Shown one piece after another: positions 32,695 to 43,560 of a stretch of 64,000 nt of DNA; the first letter of the stretch is position 1; each line of letters starts with the position of its first letter. The stretch is from assembly GCA_963789265.1 (NCBI GenBank), contig CAWBKB010000006.1, forward strand, positions 320,001 to 384,000, written 5' to 3'. The notes beneath the pieces were generated by a model. The model saw nothing but the letters and a program-made list of their open reading frames with translations. It was not told the origin of the DNA and made no database searches. Source of the stretch: an uncultured delta proteobacterium (GTDB lineage: Bacteria > Desulfobacterota > Desulfomonilia > Desulfomonilales > Desulfomonilaceae). Made by a program: the position numbers and the translations under genes.

Positions 32695-32827
32695 CGTGTT
32701 TGTACGACCCATGAATCGCTTGCCGGCAGAAGGTCATCCCGCGATTTGGTTGTCGGGACCCCACTTTTCGAACTGTTGCAAGTCTTGACGGCAATAAGGC
32801 CGTTTATCCGGAGGGTGGCACTCGAAC

Positions 32828-33532
32828 TTGAAACACAACCGGCTACCAAGCTCTACTTTTGCGAGTCCTATAGCAGCGGTCTTCACCCTGGGACTTATTG
32901 TTGTTTTGGCCGGCTGTGCGCTGCGGTCCCGCGAGTCGATTACGTATCATGTCTTCGATTATCCCACACCCGCCAGGGAATATAAACCGCCCATTCCCGA
33001 TACTCTTATGGTTTATCGCTTTCTCCCCGCTTCTTCAGTGGATACAGAATCTCTGGTTGTCACCCGATCCTCAGAGGCTAAGCAGTCGGCGACGCTCCAC
33101 CGCTGGAAGGAAGACCCTGCGGATATGATAACCGATTTAGTGGTGCGCGATCTGGAGAACTCCGGGCTCTTTGAAAAGACTGTGGACCAATTGAGCACCG
33201 TGCGCTATCGCTATGCCCTGGAGGCTACTATACGCAAGCTTCAGGGGATTATAACGGAAGACAAGGCCAAAGCATTGCTCGAAGTCAAGGCCACCCTCAC
33301 GGACTTCGAGGCACCGGCCGGCACAGAGAAATATCTCTTAAAAAAACTTTATAAAATAGAGGTCCCGAGCCGGGACACTACGCCGAATTCCATAATCAAG
33401 GCGCTCGATCTCGCTGTAAAAGAGCTGTCAGAGGGTCTCCAAGCCGACATTCGTGTTGCCCTGGAATCCAAAGTTCGCGATCGGAAGAAAAGCGTACCAC
33501 GCCATCGCCCCGTCCGTAGGTCAAGAATTTAA
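32828..33532 (+). CDS. PqiC-like ABC transport auxiliary lipoprotein
   Basis: LAGC lipobox and RWKEDPADMI; last gene of the mlaEFD-type operon. Confidence 0.75.
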   Translation: MKHNRLPSSTFASPIAAVFTLGLIVVLAGCALRSRESITYHVFDYPTPAREYKPPIPDTLMVYRFLPASSVDTESLVVTRSSEAKQSATLHRWKEDPADMITDLVVRDLENSGLFEKTVDQLSTVRYRYALEATIRKLQGIITEDKAKALLEVKATLTDFEAPAGTEKYLLKKLYKIEVPSRDTTPNSIIKALDLAVKELSEGLQADIRVALESKVRDRKKSVPRHRPVRRSRI

Positions 33533-33913
33533 ATCGATGGAGTAAAATAACTCAGCTTTGAAGCGTAACCTTTCGATTATTCACGCTCATATCACCTGCG
33601 GGAAAGTTCCTGCAGGGACTTTTCGGATCTGACGTACTGAAAAAAATTGCCGTTCGAAGTCAGGGCTGGTATTTCCTTGGGCGATGCTTTGGCATTATAC
33701 TCCTACCAGGACGCTATTATTGACCAGTGTGGTAAAACGCGTTCAGAGGTATGGGGCTTGGGCCTCCGCTAACTCTTCCCGCCAAGGGAGGACAAATTGA
33801 TTTATCGTTTCCCCCCGTTCCGTAATATACCGGAGAGTGGGGAGAGGGGAAGACGGCTTAGACTTAAAGTCGAATTCCAGCGGGCGGCAATATCACTACA
33901 GCGGCGAGGCTGA

Positions 33914-34282
33914 ATGATGAAGCGTATCCTTGTTGTGGACGACGAGAAACATATCTGCGAGCTGTACAAGAGCGAACTCGAAGATGAAGGATACAGAGTG
34001 ACGTTGGCACACTCCGGTGAAGAGGCTCTTGCAGCAGTTGAAAGCAATCCCCCCGACCTCATTGTCCTCGACATCCAAATGCCCGGAATGGATGGGATCG
34101 AGACTTTGGAAAAGTTGTTGGGCCGGGATCAGGGCATTCCCATAATACTTAACACTGCTTACAGCCATTATCGAGATGACTTCACCACATGGGGGGCGGA
34201 TGCTTATGTTGTCAAATCTTCCGACACCTCAAAACTCAAGAAAGAGATAAAACGGCTGCTGGCAAACGAACGGCCGCAATGA
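33914..34282 (+). CDS. Single-domain response regulator
   Basis: ILVVDDE, VLDIQMPGMDG, NTAYS and YVVKS motifs. Confidence 0.92.
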   Translation: MMKRILVVDDEKHICELYKSELEDEGYRVTLAHSGEEALAAVESNPPDLIVLDIQMPGMDGIETLEKLLGRDQGIPIILNTAYSHYRDDFTTWGADAYVVKSSDTSKLKKEIKRLLANERPQ

Positions 34283-34283
34283 C

Positions 34284-35510
34284 ATGAAGAATACATTGAC
34301 TATTTTGATGGCCGGAGGGAAAGGAGAGCGACTCTATCCGCTCACCAAGGCACGCGCGAAACCTTCCGTCAGATTCGGCGGCATATATCGGATCGTCGAT
34401 TTCACCCTTTCCAATTGTCTCAACTCGGACATTCGGCGAATATATGTGCTGACACAGTATCGATCCCTTTCTCTTGACCGTCACATACGGCTCGGCTGGA
34501 GCGTCTTCAATCACGAGTTGGGCGAGTTCATAGAGTGTGTACCACCCCAACAGCGAAACGTCGATCGCTGGTACCGGGGGACAGCGGATAGCATTTACCA
34601 GAATATTTACCTGCTCCAAAGGGAACGCCCCGAACGTGTGCTTATCCTCTCGGGTGATCACGTTTACAAGATGAACTACAACGACATGCTTGCCTTCCAC
34701 ATGGAGCAAAATGCCGAACTGACCGTTGCAGGCGTCGAGATCGAGCGTTCCGCGGCCGTCCATTTTGGAATTATAGGGAGCGACGACAGCTTCAGGATTG
34801 TCGACTGGGCGGAAAAACCCGCGGATCCGAAGCCGGTGCCGGGAAAGCCGGATAAATCATTCGTCTCTATGGGGGTTTACATATTCAACACCGATGTGCT
34901 CGTCAAGAACGTGATTGCGGATGCCAAGGACACTTCATCCTCGCACGATTTTGGAAAGGATGTGGTCCCACGGATGATCCACAACAGTAGGGTCTTCGTG
35001 CACAACTTCAAGGAAGCCAACAATGAAGAGGGTCGTTACTGGAGAGACATTGGAACAATCGACGCCTACTGGGAGGCCAATATGGACCTCTGCTCGGACG
35101 TTCCCCAGTGCAACCTCTACGACACGAAATGGCCTATTCGGACTTATCAGGGGCAAGTGCCTCCTGCGAGAACGGTGTCTGTGGCCGGTGAAGGGAGCGA
35201 AGAGCGTCTGCATAGCCACGTCTGGAATTCGATGATATCAGGCGGCTGTGTGCTTTCCGGATGCACCGTAAAGAACTCTGTGCTTTCTCAGGGCGTTCGT
35301 GTCAATGCGGGGAGTGTTGTGGAGGAATCCGTACTTCTCGATGGCGTGTACGTGGGGCAACATGTGGGAATCCGCAAAGCGATCATAGATCAGGATGTTA
35401 TAGTTCCGGACGGGTTTACCATTGGATACGAGCCTGAAAAGGATAAGCGCCGGTTCACGATCTCTCCGGGGAACGTGGTTCTTGTACCTCGTGGAATCAA
35501 GCTCGATTAG
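34284..35510 (+). CDS. glgC: Glucose-1-phosphate adenylyltransferase
   Basis: MAGGKGERL, RAKPSV.FGG.YR, GTAD, LSGDHVYKM, EKP, SMGVY, DFGKD and YWRDIGT motifs. Confidence 0.96.
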   Translation: MKNTLTILMAGGKGERLYPLTKARAKPSVRFGGIYRIVDFTLSNCLNSDIRRIYVLTQYRSLSLDRHIRLGWSVFNHELGEFIECVPPQQRNVDRWYRGTADSIYQNIYLLQRERPERVLILSGDHVYKMNYNDMLAFHMEQNAELTVAGVEIERSAAVHFGIIGSDDSFRIVDWAEKPADPKPVPGKPDKSFVSMGVYIFNTDVLVKNVIADAKDTSSSHDFGKDVVPRMIHNSRVFVHNFKEANNEEGRYWRDIGTIDAYWEANMDLCSDVPQCNLYDTKWPIRTYQGQVPPARTVSVAGEGSEERLHSHVWNSMISGGCVLSGCTVKNSVLSQGVRVNAGSVVEESVLLDGVYVGQHVGIRKAIIDQDVIVPDGFTIGYEPEKDKRRFTISPGNVVLVPRGIKLD

Positions 35511-35570
35511 CGGCAGCCGACTTTAGACCAATTTTCTTCGGGACTGTTCACGTGACAAACAAGCTTTACC

Positions 35571-35717
35571 GTCATTGCGAGGGCGCCGGCCCGTGGCTAT
35601 CTTTCATCCGGGTGAGCATAAATTGCCGGTGGGACGTCCCGCGCGGAACGCGGGATTGCCCGTCATCCCTAATAGACAGGCTAGAAGCCTGTCTCACCAT
35701 TCACTCCTCGCAATGAC
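35571..35717. repeat. Composite REP-like element (GTCATTGCGAG...CTCGCAATGAC)
   Basis: Terminal inverted repeat; its right part is an inverted near-copy of 51104-51190. Confidence 0.75.
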
Positions 35718-35811
35718 ATTGCGCTCTTAACCGGGCTCTTTGGCAACGGCACAATTCCGATTTTTGTGTATTCCCTAACTTCAAACAGGTTCAGAAGGCG
35801 AGGATTGTATA

Positions 35812-36606
35812 ATGCCGGAGGTACCCGTTCGAGGACGGTTGCTGGCCTATGAGAGACAGCCCGAAGATCTTGATAGATCATCGCTGTCGGTAGTCTTTAT
35901 TCACGGTAGCGGCGGCGACCGCGAAGATTGGCGTGCGCAGCTTGACGGGCTCTCATGGGCGGCCACCGTCGTCGCGTTGGAATTGCCCGGTCACGGAGCA
36001 TCCGAGCCGCCCGGAGAAATCTCCGTAGGCGCATACGCGCGATGGGTGACGGATTTCGTTGATGTCCTGGGACTACAAAGAGTCGTACTCGTCGGATGTT
36101 CTCTGGGAAGCGCCATCACGGAGTGGATCGCTCTTTTCGCTGCCCGGCCCTGGCTTGTAGGGATCGGATTGGTCGGAGCAGGCGCTCGCCTGCGTGTTCA
36201 TCCGGCCTTCCTGGATGGCCTCCGGCAGGATAAGGAGACGGCGCTGGCCATGCTTTCCGACTACTGCCTTTCGCCGGCATCAGGCGAACCGCTTCGCACA
36301 AGACTAAGGGAAAGATACCTCAAGACATCAGCGGATTTAGTTCATGGGGATCTGAGCGCGTGTAACGAGTTCGATGTGATGGATAAAATCCATCAGGTAC
36401 GATTGCCGACCTCGATTCTTGTAGGAGAAGATGACCGACTCACTCCGGTCAAATATGCGCGCTTCCTGCACGACAAAATTAGCGGCTCACACCTGGCCGT
36501 CGTGCCCCAAGCGGGCCACTTGGTCATGATGGAAAAGCCGGAGGAGTTCAACCGCCTCCTCGCTGAGTTCCTCGCCGAACTGAAGGGGCGACCGAACAGC
36601 CCCTAA
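35812..36606 (+). CDS. Alpha/beta hydrolase
   Basis: FIHGSGG, ELPGHG, GCSLG, GEDDRLTP and AGH motifs. Confidence 0.9.
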   Translation: MPEVPVRGRLLAYERQPEDLDRSSLSVVFIHGSGGDREDWRAQLDGLSWAATVVALELPGHGASEPPGEISVGAYARWVTDFVDVLGLQRVVLVGCSLGSAITEWIALFAARPWLVGIGLVGAGARLRVHPAFLDGLRQDKETALAMLSDYCLSPASGEPLRTRLRERYLKTSADLVHGDLSACNEFDVMDKIHQVRLPTSILVGEDDRLTPVKYARFLHDKISGSHLAVVPQAGHLVMMEKPEEFNRLLAEFLAELKGRPNSP

Positions 36607-36622
36607 AGCAATCATATACTTG

Positions 36623-37654
36623 TCATGTGTTGGAGATCTCTCGGAGAAGATCTATATCTTCGAGCATCTTTCCAGCCCCGCGAGCCACAGTAGACAGGGG
36701 ATCCTCGGGTACCACTATAGGGACTCCAATCTCGCGGCGCACCCGCACGTCCAGGTTCTTCAGGAGAGAGCCTCCTCCCGTGAGGACTATTCCTGTGTCG
36801 ATAATATCCGCCGCCAATTCGGGCGGACATTGTTCCAGGGCCATTTTCACGCTGTCCACGATGGAATTCACCGAATCCATTATGGCGTGTGCCACATCTG
36901 TGGAGCTTACTGTTATGGTTTTGGGAATGCCATCCATCAAATCCCGGCCCTTTATGTCTACTTCCTCAACCTCGTCGTCCAGACTGGCCCGGCCCACCAG
37001 TATTTTGATCTGCTCGGCAGTGGATGGTCCTATAAGAAGGCTGTAATTCTTGCGGATGAACTCGAGGATGTCCATATCGAGCTTGTCCCCGGCGATCTTG
37101 CTCGAGTTGCTGTAAACTATACCCGTCAGCGAAATTATCGCGACCTCTGTGGTTCCGCCGCCTATATCGACAATCATGTTGCTCATCGGCTCGGTAACTG
37201 GAAGACCGGCGCCCATGGCCGCCGCCATAGCCTCCTGGACGATGAACACTTCGTGAGCCCCCACGTTTAGGGCGGAGTCCCGCACTGCCCGTCTTTCGAC
37301 CGGGGTGACGCCGGCAGGCACAGAGATGATTACCCGTGGTCTGACAAAGGATTTCCGTTGGTGAACTTTTTGGATAAAGAACTTCAGCATTAAGCTGGCA
37401 ATCTCGAAGTTAGCTATGACGCCTTCCCTGAGCGGACGAAACACCTCGATGGAACCCGGAACTCGCCCTATCATCTTCTTGGCGTCCTCGCCTATCCAAA
37501 TCTCCGAATTTCGCTTATCCTTTCTTCGGATTGCCACGACCGACGGCTCGTTGAGCACGATCCCTTTTCCACGTGCATATACCAGCGTATTTGCCGTACC
37601 CAGGTCTATCGCCAGGTCCTTCGAAACTTTGGATGCTAAAAAGCTAAGAAGCAT
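36623..37654 (-). CDS. mreB: Rod shape-determining protein MreB
   Basis: IDLGTANT, EPSVVA, DIGGGTTEVA and LTGGG motifs. Confidence 0.96.
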   Translation of the reverse strand: MLLSFLASKVSKDLAIDLGTANTLVYARGKGIVLNEPSVVAIRRKDKRNSEIWIGEDAKKMIGRVPGSIEVFRPLREGVIANFEIASLMLKFFIQKVHQRKSFVRPRVIISVPAGVTPVERRAVRDSALNVGAHEVFIVQEAMAAAMGAGLPVTEPMSNMIVDIGGGTTEVAIISLTGIVYSNSSKIAGDKLDMDILEFIRKNYSLLIGPSTAEQIKILVGRASLDDEVEEVDIKGRDLMDGIPKTITVSSTDVAHAIMDSVNSIVDSVKMALEQCPPELAADIIDTGIVLTGGGSLLKNLDVRVRREIGVPIVVPEDPLSTVARGAGKMLEDIDLLREISNT

Positions 37655-37704
37655 CTGTTGCCCTTCGAAGAGCGTTGTCTGGTAACGAAAAGAAAAGAAG
37701 TCCG

Positions 37705-37906
37705 GAGGTCAAAAAGTCTGAATGAGGGAATGATTACGAAACGCCCTCACCGCGAGTCTTCCGAACTCTGTGCACAGGATTGCTAGGGGGCGCCATTTCC
37801 GGCCGCTAGGTAGACCGGCAACACAGCGCTTTACGTAAGCGCCGTGTGCTTTCAAGAACTCTGCTGAGAAGCCTGGCTTGACCAGGGATTCGCGGTTTTT
37901 GACCTC
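37705..37906 (-). ncRNA. Candidate structured leader RNA of mreB (family not recognised)
   Basis: 11-bp closing helix gaggtcaaaaa/tttttgacctc enclosing a 9-bp helix and at least four hairpins. Confidence 0.4.
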
Positions 37907-37966
37907 GCAAAATTCAATCGGAATACTATAGTCTTTGCGTTGTCCGGTGCATAACAGCCCATTAGG

Positions 37967-39238
37967 TCAAAGCTTCACTTCAATGATGGAATTCTTTTTC
38001 AGCTCTTCGATATATTCCTTCATGCGGGCATGAATGGTCTCATGTCTTACCAGGGCGATCACCTTGTTTCGGACCTTTTTGTATTCTTTTTCTTCCGCTG
38101 GGGTCAATATACCCAGAGTTTTCTTGGTCTTGGAGTCCGGCGATGCTGCTGCACCCTTTTCGGAAGCGACCTCTTTGGCAGGGCCGGCGTTTGCTTTGGG
38201 AGGTCCCTCCTTGTTGGCAGCCTGACGCTGCTTTTGCATCTCTTTCCAGCGTTTCTCCAATTGTTTGCGGACCTTTTCCGGGATCTTGACCTTCTTCACG
38301 GTCCTGCCTTTAGCATCCACAAGATAAAACATGATCAGCGCGTCCGGGCCTGTCAAAGGTGGACTCACGTCCCCCGGTTTCATACGCTGCACGAGCTTCT
38401 GCATGGCAGGAACCATGTCCTTGTAGTTCATGGCCCCAAGATTTCCGCCCGAGGAGGCCAGGGAGTCTTGCGAGTACTTCTTGGCAAGCTTGGCAAAATC
38501 AACCCCCGTCATGGCCTCCTTGTAAATCTGCTTTGCCTTCTCCATTACTTTGGCGACGCTCTTGCGACTCTTATCCGCCGGCATCTTCAGTGTGATCTGT
38601 CGAAGCCTCAACCTGCCTCCTACAAATAGTTGCTCGTAAGTGGGAATTGCAGGTCCGGTCTGCGCTCCGCTCGCCGGCTTTGGTGTGAAGCTTTCGACAA
38701 GTTTCTTATAAAGCTCTTCGATATTGTCCCGATTTTTCTTGAAGTATTTTTGGGCGTCCTCTTCACTCAATGGGACTTTTTGCAGCACTTCACTGGCAAT
38801 TAATCGACTTAATATGAGTTGGCGCTTCATTATTTTTCGGTATTCAGCATAATTAATCCCGTGACCAGCCAGCAAGAGAACGAATTGCTCTTGCGTAAGT
38901 CCATTCCGCTTTCTTATCGCTTCTATGGAAGCATCCACCCCTTTGTCATCGACCTTAATCCCCTTCTTGACCGCGGCCTGTTCCAGGAGATGGGTAACTA
39001 TAAGCTCATCGAGGATGTCTCGGTCCGTGGGCACTTTACCCGGTGGTATGACCCCTAGAGGCAGGTTCGTGAGATTTCGCATAAATGGTTGTTTGTGTTT
39101 CCTTATGTCCGACTCCAGGATCACATCTCCATTTACTATGGCGGCTATCCGGTCCGAGTAGCCTTCAGCATGGAGGAGTGGAACGATCCACGCTGAGCCG
39201 AGAATCAGCAATATAAGGCAGACGTTGGTCCTTTTCAT
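37967..39238 (-). CDS. SurA-like periplasmic chaperone/parvulin PPIase
   Basis: Signal peptide, DRIAAIVNGDVILESD, FAKLAKKYSQD...GGNLG and ELKKNSIIEV; lies downstream of mfd. Confidence 0.85.
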   Translation of the reverse strand: MKRTNVCLILLILGSAWIVPLLHAEGYSDRIAAIVNGDVILESDIRKHKQPFMRNLTNLPLGVIPPGKVPTDRDILDELIVTHLLEQAAVKKGIKVDDKGVDASIEAIRKRNGLTQEQFVLLLAGHGINYAEYRKIMKRQLILSRLIASEVLQKVPLSEEDAQKYFKKNRDNIEELYKKLVESFTPKPASGAQTGPAIPTYEQLFVGGRLRLRQITLKMPADKSRKSVAKVMEKAKQIYKEAMTGVDFAKLAKKYSQDSLASSGGNLGAMNYKDMVPAMQKLVQRMKPGDVSPPLTGPDALIMFYLVDAKGRTVKKVKIPEKVRKQLEKRWKEMQKQRQAANKEGPPKANAGPAKEVASEKGAAASPDSKTKKTLGILTPAEEKEYKKVRNKVIALVRHETIHARMKEYIEELKKNSIIEVKL

Positions 39239-39747
39239 GTTTCCTTGCCGGTATTCCGGCAGACCTTTAACTAAGTCTCGATGCTTCTTTCACACAAAAC
39301 GGGTTTGCTCGCATCGAGCCAAACGGATTCCTTGCCTTGTCTCTCATACCAGTCCGCGCAACCCGGGGCAAGCATTCATCGTGGAACCCGGGCAAATAGG
39401 CCGGGGGCGGCCTATTTCCCGTCTTAAATACCATGTACAGTTCCAAACCGTTACATGTTTAATCAAAAGCAGTCCTTTTTGCAACCTTGTAGGAATCTAG
39501 TTGTCAGGCTCTGCCGCGACCACATATACCGCCGGGCTCCGCCGCAAAATGTCAGGTCAGCTTCGAGAGAGCAACCGGCAAGCAGTGCTTTGAATCATCA
39601 GGCGTGCAGATCGGCTTCGAAGCCGGAGCCTCCTCCTACGGACCTACGGACCTCCGGGCTGAGGACTGGGACCTGGAACAGTGAAGAGTGCAAGTTGCCG
39701 CGATTGAGCCTTGCTCGCCGACACGCGCATTGATATTGATACTCATT

Positions 39748-42700
39748 TCAAAGAGATGGATTAACACTTTCAGCACCGGACCTTTTGCCGTTGATTGACT
39801 CCCTCAGACGCTCCAGCAGAGCCAAGCACTTCTTGATCCTGGACATAGGGTCCACTTTCCCGACGCGAAATGCAAGGCGATCCCCGGGTAGAAGTCGAAT
39901 CCGCCCGTCATTTTGAGACCAACTGATCAGAGTTTGCGGATTTACCCGAGTTTCCGTATCAAACGTGAAGACGAGGTCCTGTTCGTTATAATCGAGCCTC
40001 AGGATTCGCACTTCTTTCATGGCCAGCCTTATCCGCATGACCTGCATCAGTTGGGCAACCTGCAAAGGAGTCTGACCGTAGAGATCCACAATCTCTTCTT
40101 CTATCTCGTCAATTTCGGCCGGCTCGGAGGCCCTGGAAAGCCTCTTATAAAGGTTCATACGCTGTTGCGGATCGGGAGCGTAATCTTCGGGAATAAAGGC
40201 TTCCAACTTGAGGCGTATGTCCGGATCGATCCGAGGCGCGGGTTCTTCCCCCTTTATCTCTTGAATGGCCTGCTGCAGCAATTCCAGGTACATTTCGTAT
40301 CCCACTTGGGCCACGTGTCCGGACTGTGATGTTCCCAGGATGTTGCCTGCGCCACGGATCTCCATATCTCTCATTGCAATTCGGAAGCCCTGACCGAGAT
40401 TGGAATATTCCTGTATTACCGCGAGCCTCTTGATCGCGTCTGCGGTCATGAGGGTCTCCGGCGGAGTAAGCAAGTAAGCGTACGCCCGCATGTGCGATCG
40501 CCCTACGCGTCCCCTGAGCTGATATAGGTCTGCGAGTCCAAAAGCGTCGGCCCTTTCTATTATTATGGTGTTGGCCCTGGGGATATCGAGTCCGGATTCA
40601 ATTATGCTCGTGCAAACCAGAATGTTGATCCCCCCGGTAATGAATTCCAACATCACTCGTTCCAACTCACGGTCCGCCATTTGGCCGTGAGCTACCCCGA
40701 ATCGACCTTCCGGGACGAGCTTTTGAAGTGCAGCAGAGCGTTTATAAATGGTTCGGACCCGGTTGTGAATGTAGAAGGCCTGTCCGCCCCGACTTATTTC
40801 CCGCACAAGCGCCTCTCTTATGACCTCATCGGACTGCCGCATGACGTGCGTTCGGATCGATTGCCGGTTTGCGGGTGGAGTTTCAATTACCGACAGGTCA
40901 CGTATTCCGGTGAGGGACAGATTCAGTGTCCTGGGAATAGGCGTCGCGGTCAAGGTGAGCACGTCAACGTGAGCCTTGAACTTCTTGATCCTCTCCTTGT
41001 GCGAGACTCCAAAACGTTGCTCCTCGTCAACCACCAGCAGCCCCAGATCTTTGAATTCCACATCTTTTTGCAACAGTCTGTGCGTACCTATCATCAGATC
41101 GACTTTTCCAGCAGCAAGCCGCTTCAGGGTTTCCTTCTGCTCGGCCGGGCTACGGAAGCGCGACGGTACACCCACATGAAAAGGATATCCGTTCAAGCGA
41201 CGGGTGAAGGTGTCGTAATGCTGCTGGGCAAGAACCGTGGTGGGGACCAGGACTGCAACTTGTTTGCCGTCCATCATAACTCGAAATGCAGCCCTCAGCG
41301 CGACTTCAGTTTTGCCGTAGCCGACGTCTCCGCATACAAGCCTATCCATGGGTTTGTCCTGGTCCATGGCCTCCATGACGTCTGAAATGGCCTTGGTCTG
41401 ATCCGGCGTTTCTTCAAATTCGAAGGAAGCCTCAAAAGCAGCAAAAACTTCATCCATAGCGGAGTACGGCCTGCGGGCGCTCACCTGTCGTTTGGCAAAT
41501 ATCTCCAGGAGTTCTCGAGCCATTTCCCGGATCGACTTCTTGACCTTGGCCTTGGTCTTGCTCCATCCCTTGCCGCCCAGACGGTCTATCCGAGGAGGCT
41601 CCTCAGAACCGGAAATGTACTTTTGGATCACCTGCAAGCGCTCAACAGGATGATAGAGCAAATCCCCGCCGGAATATTCGATCACCATTACTTCGCCGGG
41701 GATGCCGTCGAATTCCTTGGAAGCAAGACCGCGAAATATGCCGATGCCGTAATCTTCGTGAACTACAGGTTCGCCTTCGACCAGATCGGTCAAAGAGGAG
41801 AGCAATGTTCCTCTTGCGCGCCTCTTGGGGGGAATTCTCACTCTGGCGCCGAAAATCTCTTCTTCGGTCACAATTATCCGGCGAGCCTCTTGCATTCGGA
41901 ATCCGGCGGATAGCGCTCCTATGCACAGGCGAATACCGGGTATTGGGGTCGAATCGAGGTTTGATCGTTCAAAAAGTCCGCTTCTGAAATCTAAATTGAG
42001 CGAATAAGGTTCCAGAAGTTTGAGAAGGCGATGAGCCTGGCCTTGAGTGTGGCTGACCAACAAGACTTCATTACCGTCGTCCCGCCATGATTCCAGACGT
42101 TTGACAAGTCTTGCCATGCTCGTGTCGTAAGTCTTGGTCCCCAGGAGATCCCGTCTTATGTCGTCATTTGTCTGGCAGTTAATCCTAAAGGCCCGAAGGT
42201 GCGGATTTTCAATTTCCAAAGGAGACACGACCACAGTACGGAATTTTTCCACTTCGCGCACGAACTCATCCGGAGAAAGATAAAGTTCTTCAGGCCGCGG
42301 AACGGGGAGTCCCTCCTGTGTGGCAGATTCCCAGCCTCGGAAAATTTCTTCTTGCAGATCTTCAAATGCGCGGCCCAGAGTATCCGCGTCGGGAAGCATC
42401 AGGACAGAATCGCGGGGGAGGTAGTCAAACAGGCTCTGCAAGTTCGGAAAGAAATAAGGAAGATAGCATTCAGCCCCGGGAAATCTCACCGAATGTCGGA
42501 AATCATCGACAAGCCTCTGGCGAACCCTCTTTTCCACTCCCTGCTCTTCACAAACGTCCAACAGCCGTTGTAAGCCTGCGCCCAAAGCTTTTTCATCCGG
42601 AATCAGCGCGTGGACGGGACCGACTTGAACCTCGGAAACAGCTTCGCGAGATCTCTGATTGGAAGGATCGAAGAAACGGATCGACTCGATACGATCCCCC

Positions 42701-43320
42701 GTCTGCTCGATGCGTACCGGGTAAGGATAAAACGGAGGGTACAAGTCGATTATGAATCCCCGCACCGAAAAGTCGCCCGCGTCCTCAACCAGCGGTGAAC
42801 GTGAGTATCCGGCGGCAACCAACCTTTCCAGCAGAGACTCTCGGTCCAGATCTTGCCCCAAAGACAGGCTGAAGCCGGCTCGTTGAAACTCGGCTTTGGG
42901 CAAGACTTTGCGGACAATAGCATCCAGACCGACTGCCAGCACGCGCGGCGGCTTCCCTTCGGAAAGACGAAACAGCCCTGCCATGCGACTGATCCAAACA
43001 TCTGTTTCGATGCCTCCGAAAGAGTAGGGGAGAACCTCTGAAGACGGATATCGAATAAGCTCGTCCTGGAGGGCGCGCCTGGCGACTTCCTCTTCGCCGA
43101 GATAAGAACGTAAGTCTGTGGCAGCCTCCGAAGCGGTTTCGCCGTCCGGGCTTACCAGGACAATCGTCCGGGCTCCCCTCTCGACTGCGGCTGCTATCAG
43201 AAATGTCGGTGCTGAGCCTCCCAAACCATAGACCCCTCCATTTTCCGTGGAATCAGCGAGAAAACGCACGGCTTCTTCAAAAGGGTTGGAGACTATATGT
43301 GTCAACGAAGCGACTTTCAT
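39748..43320 (-). CDS. mfd: Transcription-repair coupling factor
   Basis: VVHEDYGIG, ETPDQ, CGDVGYGKTEVA, DEEQRFGV, TATPIPRTL, QLRGRVGR and DMEIRGAGN motifs. Confidence 0.97.
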   Translation of the reverse strand: MKVASLTHIVSNPFEEAVRFLADSTENGGVYGLGGSAPTFLIAAAVERGARTIVLVSPDGETASEAATDLRSYLGEEEVARRALQDELIRYPSSEVLPYSFGGIETDVWISRMAGLFRLSEGKPPRVLAVGLDAIVRKVLPKAEFQRAGFSLSLGQDLDRESLLERLVAAGYSRSPLVEDAGDFSVRGFIIDLYPPFYPYPVRIEQTGDRIESIRFFDPSNQRSREAVSEVQVGPVHALIPDEKALGAGLQRLLDVCEEQGVEKRVRQRLVDDFRHSVRFPGAECYLPYFFPNLQSLFDYLPRDSVLMLPDADTLGRAFEDLQEEIFRGWESATQEGLPVPRPEELYLSPDEFVREVEKFRTVVVSPLEIENPHLRAFRINCQTNDDIRRDLLGTKTYDTSMARLVKRLESWRDDGNEVLLVSHTQGQAHRLLKLLEPYSLNLDFRSGLFERSNLDSTPIPGIRLCIGALSAGFRMQEARRIIVTEEEIFGARVRIPPKRRARGTLLSSLTDLVEGEPVVHEDYGIGIFRGLASKEFDGIPGEVMVIEYSGGDLLYHPVERLQVIQKYISGSEEPPRIDRLGGKGWSKTKAKVKKSIREMARELLEIFAKRQVSARRPYSAMDEVFAAFEASFEFEETPDQTKAISDVMEAMDQDKPMDRLVCGDVGYGKTEVALRAAFRVMMDGKQVAVLVPTTVLAQQHYDTFTRRLNGYPFHVGVPSRFRSPAEQKETLKRLAAGKVDLMIGTHRLLQKDVEFKDLGLLVVDEEQRFGVSHKERIKKFKAHVDVLTLTATPIPRTLNLSLTGIRDLSVIETPPANRQSIRTHVMRQSDEVIREALVREISRGGQAFYIHNRVRTIYKRSAALQKLVPEGRFGVAHGQMADRELERVMLEFITGGINILVCTSIIESGLDIPRANTIIIERADAFGLADLYQLRGRVGRSHMRAYAYLLTPPETLMTADAIKRLAVIQEYSNLGQGFRIAMRDMEIRGAGNILGTSQSGHVAQVGYEMYLELLQQAIQEIKGEEPAPRIDPDIRLKLEAFIPEDYAPDPQQRMNLYKRLSRASEPAEIDEIEEEIVDLYGQTPLQVAQLMQVMRIRLAMKEVRILRLDYNEQDLVFTFDTETRVNPQTLISWSQNDGRIRLLPGDRLAFRVGKVDPMSRIKKCLALLERLRESINGKRSGAESVNPSL

Positions 43321-43560
43321 AAACTCGAATTCTTTCGACTCTCAGGATTCGAGTCGGTTCCGATATACCGGTCCCCGTTGGGTAAAAGTTCGGGGAGAAC
43401 GGATGAATCTTTGTCAAAGGACAACAGGGTAATTTAGTTCACAGCGATCCAATTTGGCAATAGTTGCGTGAACCCACAAACGATGAATGGCGTCGGATTG
43501 ATCCCATTGACTTGAGCGGTGCGATCAGTTATCCATTTGACAAAACTCCGAGGTGAAACT

